A stretch of 50,327 bases of DNA from Deltaproteobacteria bacterium (GCA_032128375.1 JAQBGU010000114.1:1-50327), one strand, 5' to 3'; shown: positions 18,342 to 27,595, numbered from the stretch's first letter. The notes: generated from the sequence alone by a model not told the origin. Translations and numbers: made by a program.

Positions 18342-19622
18342 CTAGGTCCGGTTGCAAGAGGCCGGAGTCGTGTGGATCGGGAACAGGATTCGGAATTCAG
18401 TCCCCTTCCCGCGCTCGCTGGTCACGCTGATATCTCCACCGTGGTCAGTGACGATACCGATCGCGACCACCAGGCCCAGCCCGTTACCGGACCCGGCTTC
18501 CTTGGTGGTGAAAAATGGCTCAAAGATGTGGGGTAGATCGCGCTCGTTGATCCCTGCACCGTTGTCGGAGATCTTGACATCGATTTCACCATCGCCGGTC
18601 GTCCCAAGTGCAATCCGCAATTTGCCGCCGTCGGGCATCGCATCCACCGCATTCAAGAACAGGTTGAGGAACAGCTGCTGCAACCGTTCTGGGTCGCCTA
18701 AGACCGGATCCGGACCGGTGCTGCCAGTGGTTTGCAGCTCGACACGATTTCGAGCGAGCTTCTCTTGAATGAACGCGAGCGTCGTTTCAATCAGCGGGTC
18801 CAGCGAAACCGGTACTCGCTTGACCTGCCCAGGTCGCGCCATGTTGAGGAGCGTCGTGATGATCTTCGATATGCGACTGATTTGTTCTCGAATCGTTCGC
18901 AAGCGCCATTTGGCATCGTCACCGGAGACAGCCGATTCGAGCAGTGCCGCATGGCCCTGGATGACTCCCATGGGCGTCCCAATCTCGTGCGCCAGTCCTG
19001 CAACCAGGGTTGCAACCGATGCGAGTTCCTCAGCGGCGCGGGCTCGGTCTTCCGTGGTGCGCAACTCGACCCTCTGGTCCTCGAAATCCCGCGCGAGCCG
19101 GCGTCCCTCGTCGGCCAACTCACTGGTCAGGTCGTTGAGTTGTTGTTGCTGGCGGTCGATGTACGACTCCATCGCGATCTGCGCATCCAGAAACAGCCGC
19201 TTCTGCAGTGAGCTGATGGTCGCCCCCGCCAGCTGAGGGTCGTGGGCAATGGCTTCATGCACAGCTGGGATAAGAATAGACAGGTACAGCGCGAAGGCAC
19301 CCAGATACCACCGTGGCTCGAGCCCGATCCGTTCGTGTGTCTCTCCGATGCCGCGGCGATTTTCGAAGTAGTCGTCGTCGATAGTGGGCGTGGCCAGGCT
19401 CAACAGATACTCGTGCTGGCTCTCCATCAAGCGTTGCCGGACGATGGGATCGCGAATCAGCGCGCGTGTCTGCGGAAACGCCAGCAAGTGACGGTAGAAC
19501 GCGTCTACCAACCGGGTTCCCTGCTCTTCCAAGATCGGTCGAAGGCTAGAAAGGCGATCGAGATCCGCCGAGGTCAGGTCGAGGTAGGAGACCCGCTGTT
19601 CCAGATCGATAGAACGAGACAT
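18342..19622 (-). CDS. Globin-coupled (protoglobin-domain) histidine kinase
   Basis: N-terminal sensor globin (DAFYRHL, IGETHERIGLEPRWY); H-box LAHEIGTP, N-box LNLFLNA, DNGAG, PFFTTK, GLGL; no TM. Confidence 0.92.
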   Translation of the reverse strand: MSRSIDLEQRVSYLDLTSADLDRLSSLRPILEEQGTRLVDAFYRHLLAFPQTRALIRDPIVRQRLMESQHEYLLSLATPTIDDDYFENRRGIGETHERIGLEPRWYLGAFALYLSILIPAVHEAIAHDPQLAGATISSLQKRLFLDAQIAMESYIDRQQQQLNDLTSELADEGRRLARDFEDQRVELRTTEDRARAAEELASVATLVAGLAHEIGTPMGVIQGHAALLESAVSGDDAKWRLRTIREQISRISKIITTLLNMARPGQVKRVPVSLDPLIETTLAFIQEKLARNRVELQTTGSTGPDPVLGDPERLQQLFLNLFLNAVDAMPDGGKLRIALGTTGDGEIDVKISDNGAGINERDLPHIFEPFFTTKEAGSGNGLGLVVAIGIVTDHGGDISVTSERGKGTEFRILFPIHTTPASCNRT

Positions 19623-19719
19623 CCAGCAAGGGTCGCCCCAAGACGCGAGGAGTCAAGCTCCGAGACCGAGATAGCTCCATTCCCTATTGGTAGAGCGGTG
19701 AAGCAATGAAGCGTTCACT

Positions 19720-20502
19720 TCATGCCATTGCCGAACGTGCGAGGTCGATGCCAGTCAAGATGCCTTCGATGCTTCGATGCTTCACCGCGATGATCCGCCG
19801 CACCCGCAATTCGGCCGCCTGCGCGGCCGCCCGATACAGCGGCGTATCGACATCCAACACGAGCATCGAGGAACTCATCGCTTCATCGACTCGAGTGGTG
19901 CGCGGCAAGTTACAGGCCTCCAGGGCCTCGCGTTGCGAGAACAGCCCGACTGGCCATCCGGCCTCGACGACGACGAGCCCGCTGATGTGCGCTCGCTCCA
20001 GTCGATCGGTCGCCAGGCTGATCGGCTCGCTCGCGCGAATTGTGAACGTCGGCGACGACATCCAGCGAGAAATCGGCGTCCGCGTGCGTTTGTCGCGAAT
20101 CGCCAACATGACATCCAGGGTGCTGAGCACACCGATGGGCCGGCCATCGTGTACGACGAACACCCGGTGGAAGTGGCCCTCGACCATCTTTGAAGCCGCG
20201 CTGCCAATCGCGGCGGCTGGTTCCACCGTTGCGACGTCGCGTGTCATGTACTTCGAGACCGGTCTGTTCGGCAAGGTGAGTAGGGCCGCCTCCGCGCTCG
20301 AGCCTGCCTGGGCACGGCCGACGTGAATCAAGTCCGTCATCGAAATCACGCCCGACAGCGTGCCGTCGTCTCCGATCACCGCGAGGCTCGAAATGGCCAA
20401 TCCGTTCATGAGGGAATGTGCGGTATTCAGGTCGTCGCAGCATCCGATGGAATGAACGGGGGAACTCATGTACTGCGCAACGGGAACGTTTGAGATCGAC
20501 AT
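19720..20502 (-). CDS. Four-CBS-domain protein
   Basis: Repeated V..YMSSPV / GVISMTDL / YMTRDV / GVLSTLDV / WMSSP / GILTGIDL; GAGGAG RBS. Confidence 0.88.
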   Translation of the reverse strand: MSISNVPVAQYMSSPVHSIGCCDDLNTAHSLMNGLAISSLAVIGDDGTLSGVISMTDLIHVGRAQAGSSAEAALLTLPNRPVSKYMTRDVATVEPAAAIGSAASKMVEGHFHRVFVVHDGRPIGVLSTLDVMLAIRDKRTRTPISRWMSSPTFTIRASEPISLATDRLERAHISGLVVVEAGWPVGLFSQREALEACNLPRTTRVDEAMSSSMLVLDVDTPLYRAAAQAAELRVRRIIAVKHRSIEGILTGIDLARSAMA

Positions 20503-20525
20503 CGGTTCTCCTCGGTGCTCGTCAG

Positions 20526-20555
20526 AACTTCTCTGCAACTTCTCTGCAACTCTGC
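20526..20555. repeat. Tandem repeat in CBS gene leader
   Basis: AACTTCTCTGC x2 plus AACTCTGC, abutting the -12 element. Confidence 0.85.
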
Positions 20556-20568
20556 AACTTCGGTGCCG
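20553..20568 (-). promoter_or_regulatory. Sigma-54 promoter
   Basis: CGGCACCGAAGTTGCA on minus strand, upstream of CBS-GcHK. Confidence 0.7.
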
Positions 20569-20741
20569 AGGCCGTGGAGTGGTGACACGACGTCGCCCAT
20601 ACTCCTCCGCAAAGGTTCTCTGGATTCAACACCCGATGCACTGCTGCAATGAATTGGCGGAGCGGGAGGGGTTGGGACAATTGGCAACATCGAACTTGTG
20701 GGCTGCGGTGATGTGACCCACCGCACGCATCACTGGGCGGT

Positions 20742-20757
20742 CGGCATCGGGTTTGCA
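20742..20757 (+). promoter_or_regulatory. Sigma-54 promoter
   Basis: CGGCATCGGGTTTGCA. Confidence 0.62.
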
Positions 20758-20888
20758 TCATCGCGGACGAGCTGTCAGGTGGGGATCAAAGATTGGTCGA
20801 ATACGATCCGGCCGTCGCCACCACGGAAATGATCGGCACGCCCGAATCGTTTGGACAATCCGCACCCGCGGTGGCTGGCGCGTTTCGA

Positions 20889-20984
20889 ATGGACGTGCTG
20901 CTGATCGGGGTTGTCGTCGTCGGTGCAATCATCGTGTCGAACATCTGGTTGCGAAAGCGCGCCGAGCGCGCGAACTCGGAGTAG
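20889..20984 (+). CDS. Putative 31-aa single-TM microprotein
   Basis: MDVLLIGVVVVGAIIVSNIWLRKRAERANSE: hydrophobic helix + basic tail; weak RBS. Confidence 0.4.
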   Translation: MDVLLIGVVVVGAIIVSNIWLRKRAERANSE

Positions 20985-21187
20985 CGCTCCACCCCGGCGC
21001 GGCCACTGCGGGTCGGCTTGTGTGATGAGCCGGTCCGGGATGCCCCAGTTCGGAGACAGCGTTGGGACACTTCGCCTCATCGGCCCGCCCGATCGAGCCC
21101 GTGGGAGGCGTCCATCCAGACCATCCGTGTCGGTACGGAACTTGCCTTTGATTCCGGCTGGCACCGGACCCGTTCCGGAGTGCTCGA

Positions 21188-21751
21188 ATGAAAAGTGTGG
21201 AACTCACGATCGCGTTTGCGCCGAATCGGCGATCCAAGCTCTTCTTGGCCACGCAGGTGGTTGACGAAGCCCGACACCTCGAGGTGCTTCTCCACCGGTT
21301 GGCGGAGCTCGGCGTGTCGGACCCGGAAGCCGAAGTCGAACGGCGCGCGAACCAAAGCCTGCTCGCATTCAAGCGTCGGCTGCTCGAGTTGGTCGCCGCG
21401 CGGGACTGGGAAGCCGCAGTCTTCGCTCAGAACGTCATCCTCGAGACGATGGAATTCACCGTCTTCAGCGCGCACTTCCAACGCGCCGACCCGATCATGC
21501 GCGAGGTGCTCGACGGGATCATCAAGGACGAGCGGCGCCATATGGGCTTCGGGGAGAACGACATCGGACGACGCTTGAAAGAAGCCGCGCACATTCGTGC
21601 GCGACTCGGGGCCGTGCGCAAGGAGTTGGACCCGCTCATCCTCGACGCCTTCGAGGCGACTCTCGATCAGATCGGCGTACCCCGTTCAGAGCGACGCGAC
21701 CTGGGCCGACGCTACCTGGCATCGGTGACTCGGCTGGGATTCGACTCGTGA
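21188..21751 (+). pseudogene. Ferritin-like di-iron protein, probably 5'-truncated
   Basis: DEARH and DERRH ligand motifs plus ILE; first ligand helix appears absent. Confidence 0.6.
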
Positions 21752-22046
21752 TCGATCCGCTGCTGGACGAAGAGGTCGAATCCGATCGGCCACGCCATCG
21801 TTTCGTGCTCGATGAAACCGGTTTCGACGAAGCTCCGAAGAAGTATCGACGGTTCTATCGGCGCTGGGGAGGCGCGACCGACATGCTGGCTCTCAATGAG
21901 GTCCTGTGCCGGTTTGCAAGGTGGTCATTCGCTCGACTCGGGAGCTTCGCCCGGGTGACCGCGTCTATTGCATGCCCTGTATGTCCCGCCTCATTGTTGC
22001 GAGGGGAGCTGATGGGCTCTTGGAAGCGGCCGTTCGCTATGCGTGA
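21748..22046 (+). pseudogene. Small zinc-ribbon protein with 1-nt deletion
   Basis: Adding one C at ~21910 restores NEVLCPVCKVVIRSTRELRPGDRVYCMPCMSRLIV..RYA*; GTGA-coupled to upstream gene. Confidence 0.72.
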
Positions 22047-22064
22047 GCGCGGGCGGCAGTACGC

Positions 22065-22505
22065 TCAGCTCCCCGTACCAATGGCGGCCTGAAGCAGCTC
22101 GTCCTCGCGTCTCTCGTGCTCCACGAGCACGAAGGTGAACGCACCCAGTGATTCTCTCGCAGGCCCCGTCGCGGCCGCGAGGATGCGATCGATCAATGCA
22201 CCGAAATCCGATTCTAGTGATGCGTGGTCTTCTTCGAGGGTTCCGAACTGGATGGATCGATCGGGGCTGAGCGCGCGAAGCACCGGAAACACGATCTGCT
22301 CTTCCAGCAGGAAGTGCGCGCGAAGAGCCCCCTGGAGTCGAAAGGCAGTCGTCTGTGCGGCGCGCAGGTTGCCCTCGACCAGCACCGTGTTCAGATGTGA
22401 AAACAGGGGAGCGATTCGTTCGTGTTGTTCGCGGATCTGGTTTACAGCGCGCCGCATTCGACCGCGGAGTCCAGCCTGGCTTGTCATCACGAGTGTTGAC
22501 CGCAT
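22065..22505 (-). CDS. Hemerythrin-like (HHE) protein
   Basis: EQH, HFLLEE..FP, EDH, HERRED; start 22505 or 22487. Confidence 0.82.
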   Translation of the reverse strand: MRSTLVMTSQAGLRGRMRRAVNQIREQHERIAPLFSHLNTVLVEGNLRAAQTTAFRLQGALRAHFLLEEQIVFPVLRALSPDRSIQFGTLEEDHASLESDFGALIDRILAAATGPARESLGAFTFVLVEHERREDELLQAAIGTGS

Positions 22506-22559
22506 GGCTTCGCTGGCTCGATCGAGCGATCCATCCCGCCGCATGGCAACCGCGCTATC

Positions 22560-23012
22560 TCAAACGTCCCGGACTGCTACGGCTTCCACGTCATCGCGGA
22601 GCAGCTCGGCGTTCAGCAGGTGGGTTTCCTCCGCCTTCATGTCATCGCGAAGTAGAGATGTGAAACCGAGAAAATCCTGAACCAGGAGAATCAGTGGTTG
22701 GGTCGCATCCTCCAATCGTTGGAGAAGGTAGGTGAGCAGTTCGCGCTGCTCGCCATGCTCCACTTGGAGGTCGTCCGCCCGCTGGGTTCCCAAGCTTCCA
22801 ATATCGCGCAGCGCATCTATCAGGATGGCATCCTCGAGGTCGAGGTGGCGACAAAGTGTCATGTATAGAAATTTGCCGCGTTCGCGCAAACTCCGCGACA
22901 GCTGATCTTCTCCGGCGAGGATTCGATTCGCGATGGTGTCCACTTCGGACACTGTTGCCAGGATCAGTTCGTGATCGGAGAGAATTTGTCTTCTGACCTC
23001 GCTCGGTCGCAT
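22560..23012 (-). CDS. Hemerythrin-like (HHE) protein, divergent
   Basis: GGGAG RBS + ATG 23012; SDH, HLDLED, EH, DMKAEE (last His replaced by Asp). Confidence 0.78.
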   Translation of the reverse strand: MRPSEVRRQILSDHELILATVSEVDTIANRILAGEDQLSRSLRERGKFLYMTLCRHLDLEDAILIDALRDIGSLGTQRADDLQVEHGEQRELLTYLLQRLEDATQPLILLVQDFLGFTSLLRDDMKAEETHLLNAELLRDDVEAVAVRDV

Positions 23013-23106
23013 CGTGATCTCCCGGTTCGGGGCTTCACTTCCTGTTCGCGGACTAGCATGCCCTCTTCTGCTGTTGCACCTGCTCTTGCACCTGATTTGT
23101 AATGTA

Positions 23107-23122
23107 TGCAACACACGTGCCG
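23107..23122 (-). promoter_or_regulatory. Sigma-54 promoter
   Basis: CGGCACGTGTGTTGCA on minus strand, upstream of 23012. Confidence 0.75.
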
Positions 23123-23340
23123 GGGTGATCTGGATCGATTGGATGCGAGGCAAGCCCTCTGGGTCAGATCGGTACACGGGTTGACGTGGCGAGGCGGGAT
23201 CCGACACAAACTGGGCTGCGAAACCTGGAGCACCGCCGTTCGTTACAAAATTGTAAGCGTTCATCAATCAGCCTTCGTGAATGCCAATAAGGCAGCGCAA
23301 AGATCGATGTCGACGTCGAGGGGTACGACGAGCCAGACGA

Positions 23341-23717
23341 CTAGCGACCGAGAATGTCGTTGCGAACGGATTCCGCGACGGCGCCCACCTGCTGGATATC
23401 GGCGTCGCCCACCCCTGACTCGGTCAGCGTCTGTACCAGGTGGTCCACGACGGCATCGAAGTGGCTGTCGTTCAACCCGTTCTCGCGCGCCTTGGCATGG
23501 GCCGCGACCATCGCACGATCGGTGTAGCGGTTCGGGCCTCCGAAGGCGACAGTCAATAACGCCTTCTGCTTCCCGGCCTGGCCGCTTCATATCGAGACCG
23601 TCGAAGAACGGCGCGAGATTCGCGTCGGACAGTACTTTTCCATAGAAACGCTCGACTGCCGCGTCTACTGCGGCTTCCCCCCCAGTCGTTCGTACAGGTC
23701 TGATTTTCTTCCGCCAT
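23341..23717 (-). pseudogene. Group I truncated haemoglobin (GlbN-like), three frameshifts
   Basis: Reassembles to MAEEKSDLYERLGGEAAVDAAVERFYGKVLSD..PFF..DMKRQAGKQKA..AFGGPNRY..AH..LNDSHFDAV..L; indels near 23704, 23677-23683, 23580. Confidence 0.85.
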
Positions 23718-23834
23718 TTGCCCCTCCCTCAACCTCGACTTGCGGTTGTTGATTGCGTGGCTGTCGAACAGAGAATTTTCTCGATCGGGCGCACGGCATA
23801 ATGCAATTTTCGAATGCATGCCACATCGACTCTT

Positions 23835-24272
23835 CTATTCGGGCACCGCGGACTGGATCACGCCAGTCAGCAACATCTCTTCCTGGCGTTCGTGTGAGGC
23901 GAGGATCGTTGCGAAGCCGATCAACCGACGAGAGAATCCATCGGCTGCGAGTGAATCGATCGAGTCGCCCAGGTGTGCCAGTTCGATCCGCATTTTGGAA
24001 TGGCTTTCGACCAGTTTCCGGATTTGCGCGCTCTGGCTCGCATCGGCACCGCGAACCGCCGGAAAGAAGATCTGCTCTTCCAGGTCGAAGTGAGCTGTGA
24101 GAGCGAGTCGGTAGCGATCGAATCCCGCGCGCAGTTCGCTTTTGGGGCGCTCAGTGAGTTCCTCGGATAGCGCCTGGTACAAATCGGCGATGGCGTGATG
24201 CTGGTCCGCGACGCGCCGGGCGGCCCGCTTGAGTCGGTGCCGAAGCCCTCTGTCAGCCGCGATTCGGTTCAT
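23835..24272 (-). CDS. Hemerythrin-like (HHE) protein
   Basis: GGAGGAG RBS; DQH, HFDLEE..FP, ESH, HERQEE; paralogue of 22065-22505. Confidence 0.85.
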   Translation of the reverse strand: MNRIAADRGLRHRLKRAARRVADQHHAIADLYQALSEELTERPKSELRAGFDRYRLALTAHFDLEEQIFFPAVRGADASQSAQIRKLVESHSKMRIELAHLGDSIDSLAADGFSRRLIGFATILASHERQEEMLLTGVIQSAVPE

Positions 24273-24361
24273 CTACTCCTCCCAGTCTTGTCGCCCTCGC
24301 GTTCCGCGATGCAAGACCTGTGTGAAAGTTCGCAATTCCGTTGCAAGGTCCTCGAGGGCTA

Positions 24362-24377
24362 CGCAAGAGCTGTGCCA
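24362..24377 (-). promoter_or_regulatory. Sigma-54 promoter
   Basis: TGGCACAGCTCTTGCG on minus strand, upstream of 24272. Confidence 0.78.
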
Positions 24378-24627
24378 CACGCGGTGCAGTCTGTGGGGCC
24401 CAGAGAGTGCGGGTAGTGGGGCTGGGGGCCCCAGCGGGTGTAGTCTGGCGTTTGAAGCGAACGCGTGGCCAACAATTGATCGTGTGATGCAACCCGGCGA
24501 TGCGATGGACGACGCGCAGTCGTTACTTCGGTCCGGCGCGATTTGGATCACATGGTCGCGAGCCTCGCAGGATCCGAGAAGATCTCGCTTGAAGGCGACA
24601 CCGCAGGAGATGCGTGATACTCGCGCA

Positions 24628-25992
24628 ATGACGACCGAGGGAGTCGGCGAGAAGAAGTCCGCGCTCAGCGCCGATCGCTACTTGCTGGCACTGCTCGTCG
24701 TTGGCTTGCTGGTGCGCGTTGTCGCAACGCTGCTGACAGATGATGCAGCAGTGCTGATTGCCGACGACAACGAATACGTTGAGCGGGTCGAGCAGTTCAT
24801 GAACGGGGAAGGATTCAAGATGCGGGGGTTCGTTCGCCCCCCGCTCTACTTCGCGCTGCTCGCCATGATCTGGCAGTTTTGCGACTGGCTCGGAATCGAG
24901 TGGGTGCTCGCGATCAAGCTCCTGCAGTGCGTCGCCGGAACGGCGACGGCGCTTCCAGTGTACGCGAGCGCGCTGGCGATTGCGGGGCGTCGCACCGCGC
25001 GCTTCGCTGCGGGTTTTATGCTGCTGGACCCCACACTGATCGCATATTGCCAGCTGATCTGGCCCGATATCGTCTATTCGCTGATCGTCGCCATCGTGTT
25101 CGACGGCGTCCGCCGCTTGGTTCCGGATCGCCCAGCCCGAGCGCTGGCACTCGGTGCGCTGACCGGCGCGGCGTTGCTGCTCAGGCCCGTCTTCGGGCTC
25201 TTTGCACTGCTTCTGGCAGCGAGTTGGTTGAAACGTCTGGGGCCCGTACCCGCGTTGCGGCTCGTGCTGATCTTTGGGGGTACGGCCGCGATCGTGATCA
25301 GCCCCTGGGTGGTGCGCAACCAGCTGCTCTACGGCCCGACGATTCTGATCGAGAACCTGGGCCCATACAACCTCTGGATCGGCAACGATCCGAGATCGGC
25401 CACCCGGGTTTTCTACGAGTGGTTCAACCTCGGAGACCCAGTCGTGCGCAGTCGGGTGGCCTTCGCCAGGGGGACCCAAGCGATCGTCGCCGATCCGAGC
25501 CGATTCGCCGTCCGATCCGTGCGACGCGCGATAAACCTTTGGGGCTTCGAGTATTTCGTGGTTCGGCAAATGTCGTTCGGCGGCTACGGCGCTGTGGAAA
25601 AGAACACGTTTCTGTTCGTTTTCTGGGTGCTGCAGATCGGCTACACGATAACGCTTCTAACGGCGGCCATTGGCCTGCCCACGTCTCTGCGAGACAAGCA
25701 GTTTCGGCTTCAAGTCGCGTACGCTGCGCTGTTCACGGTCGCGATCGCCGCCATGGTCAGCACCACGCGATACCGCGTGGCCTTTCACTTCGTATTGGCA
25801 ATCGCGTCCGGTGTCGGCCTGTCGCGCCTGATCGATCGCCGCATCGGGCGCAGGGAGTTGGTCGCATCGGTTTTGGCGGCGCTTCTGCTGTTCACGTCTG
25901 CAAGCCGGCCGCTATTTCGCAAAATCGGCTCGGGCGACTTTCAGCGAGTGACTGAGTTGCGCCGGCCCGCCTGGTCTTTCTTTCGCTACTGA
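24628..25992 (+). CDS. GT-C fold membrane glycosyltransferase (ArnT/PMT-like)
   Basis: Multi-TM; DD..Y, RPPLY, PWVVRN, NLWIGN, TRYR motifs. Confidence 0.78.
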   Translation: MTTEGVGEKKSALSADRYLLALLVVGLLVRVVATLLTDDAAVLIADDNEYVERVEQFMNGEGFKMRGFVRPPLYFALLAMIWQFCDWLGIEWVLAIKLLQCVAGTATALPVYASALAIAGRRTARFAAGFMLLDPTLIAYCQLIWPDIVYSLIVAIVFDGVRRLVPDRPARALALGALTGAALLLRPVFGLFALLLAASWLKRLGPVPALRLVLIFGGTAAIVISPWVVRNQLLYGPTILIENLGPYNLWIGNDPRSATRVFYEWFNLGDPVVRSRVAFARGTQAIVADPSRFAVRSVRRAINLWGFEYFVVRQMSFGGYGAVEKNTFLFVFWVLQIGYTITLLTAAIGLPTSLRDKQFRLQVAYAALFTVAIAAMVSTTRYRVAFHFVLAIASGVGLSRLIDRRIGRRELVASVLAALLLFTSASRPLFRKIGSGDFQRVTELRRPAWSFFRY

Positions 25993-26142
25993 CGCTGTCT
26001 CCGGCATGAACATGATTCATCTGCAACGTTATCTGGGCCATCGACGCTGGGTGTTGGCGGTGGGCAGCCGGCTATGCATGCTCAGCGCGCGGTGAGGTCC
26101 AACGAAACAGCGGTGCGCAGGGATGCAGCCTATAGTCGAGCT

Positions 26143-27540
26143 ATGGGATCTCTGCCGATGGCGCGCGCAGCGCTCTTGCTTGCGTCGCTGCTGTCCTGTG
26201 CTGACGAACCGTTTCCGCTGAGCCCAGACATCTTCCTTCTCACGGTTGACACGCTGCGCGCCGATCACTTGGGCACTTATGGATACACCAAGCCGACGTC
26301 GCCGCGGCTGGACCGGCTGGCTCGCGAGTCGCTCGTCTTTGAGCACTGCCAGTCGCACGCGTCGAACACGCAGCCAAGCATCGCATCGCTGCTGACAGGC
26401 TTCTTGCCGCACGAGACGAACGTCATCGATGCCATTCGCCTTCCCAATTACTTCGAGACGTTGCCCGAGATCCTCAAGCAGCAGGGTTACGTCACACGCG
26501 CGGTCGTGAGTAATTGGGTGCTCTCGCCGAAGGCGGGCATGAACCAGGGATTCGACGTCTATGACGCGCGCATGCAGGAGCGCGAGCGGAACCGGAAACA
26601 CTGGCCGGAGCGAGCCGCGGTGCAAACCACAGACGCCGCAATCGAGCAGCTTGACGCGCCTCGCGATGGACCGCTCTTCCTCTGGGTCCACTACCAGGAC
26701 CCTCACGGACCCTACACGCCGCCAGACGGGCTCGCGCGCGCGTTTCGCGACGCCAAGCCCGCGCGACCGCTGCCCCTGAACCCGGACCTGTCGGGGCTGG
26801 GTGGCATTCCGAGCTATCAGCAACTTGGCGGGAAGCGCGACTTCCACGACTACGTGGCAGCGTACGACGGCGAGATCCGACACATGGATGAGCAGGTGGG
26901 GCGCCTGCTCGACGCGCTCGTTGAGCGGGACCTCTACGACCGCTCCCTGCTGATTTTTACCGCCGATCACGGCGAGGGTCTGGGCGAGCGCGACTTCTAT
27001 TTCAATCACGTCGGCTACCTGTACGACACACTCACGCACGTGCCAATGTTATTGCGGCGCGGAGACCGTTTCTCGGGCCGCCGCGACGATGCGTGCCAGC
27101 TGATCGACGTGGTGCCCACCGTGCTGGCGGTGCTCGGGCTAGAGGCGAAACCGAACTTGCGCGGGCGCGACCTCTTCGACCGGGACGCGCCGGCGTTCCC
27201 CGCCTACGCCGAGACCCGCCCGATGATCGACCCGAACGGCAGCAAAGTCTCGCTGGTCGATGCGGGCTATCACATGATCTACAACCAGGATTTCGAACTG
27301 GTGGAACTCTTCGACCTGGTGAACGACCCGGCCGAGCAGCACGACCTCTCGGCCGATCCCGGCCACCTGCAGCGCCGCAAGGCCATGCTGGAACGCATCG
27401 CCGCGATCCATGCTGACAACCGGAGGCCCCCCTCTCGTTGGGAATTGCTGATTCACAATCTCCAGGAGATCCAACAAAGCCGCGATGCAAGCAGCGAAGA
27501 GGATCGGCTCAAGCTGCGCTCTCTCGGCTACGCCGAGTGA
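26143..27540 (+). CDS. Sulfatase-like (alkaline phosphatase superfamily) lipoprotein
   Basis: Lipobox LLSC; DTLRADH, TQPSIAS..TG, DPHGPY, YDGEI, ADHGE, terminal LRSLGY. Confidence 0.85.
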   Translation: MGSLPMARAALLLASLLSCADEPFPLSPDIFLLTVDTLRADHLGTYGYTKPTSPRLDRLARESLVFEHCQSHASNTQPSIASLLTGFLPHETNVIDAIRLPNYFETLPEILKQQGYVTRAVVSNWVLSPKAGMNQGFDVYDARMQERERNRKHWPERAAVQTTDAAIEQLDAPRDGPLFLWVHYQDPHGPYTPPDGLARAFRDAKPARPLPLNPDLSGLGGIPSYQQLGGKRDFHDYVAAYDGEIRHMDEQVGRLLDALVERDLYDRSLLIFTADHGEGLGERDFYFNHVGYLYDTLTHVPMLLRRGDRFSGRRDDACQLIDVVPTVLAVLGLEAKPNLRGRDLFDRDAPAFPAYAETRPMIDPNGSKVSLVDAGYHMIYNQDFELVELFDLVNDPAEQHDLSADPGHLQRRKAMLERIAAIHADNRRPPSRWELLIHNLQEIQQSRDASSEEDRLKLRSLGYAE

Positions 27541-27595
27541 GTTCGAGGGGTCGGACAATCAACCAGCGGTCGCGGCGATGGAAGGATCATACAGT

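Noticed and set aside
23013..23267. N-terminal extension of the hemerythrin ORF
   Set aside because: Contains the sigma-54 motif; RBS supports start at 23012
23808..23823. TGGCATGCATTCGAAA (minus) upstream of the globin relic
   Set aside because: -24 element present but no -12 GC at the correct spacing
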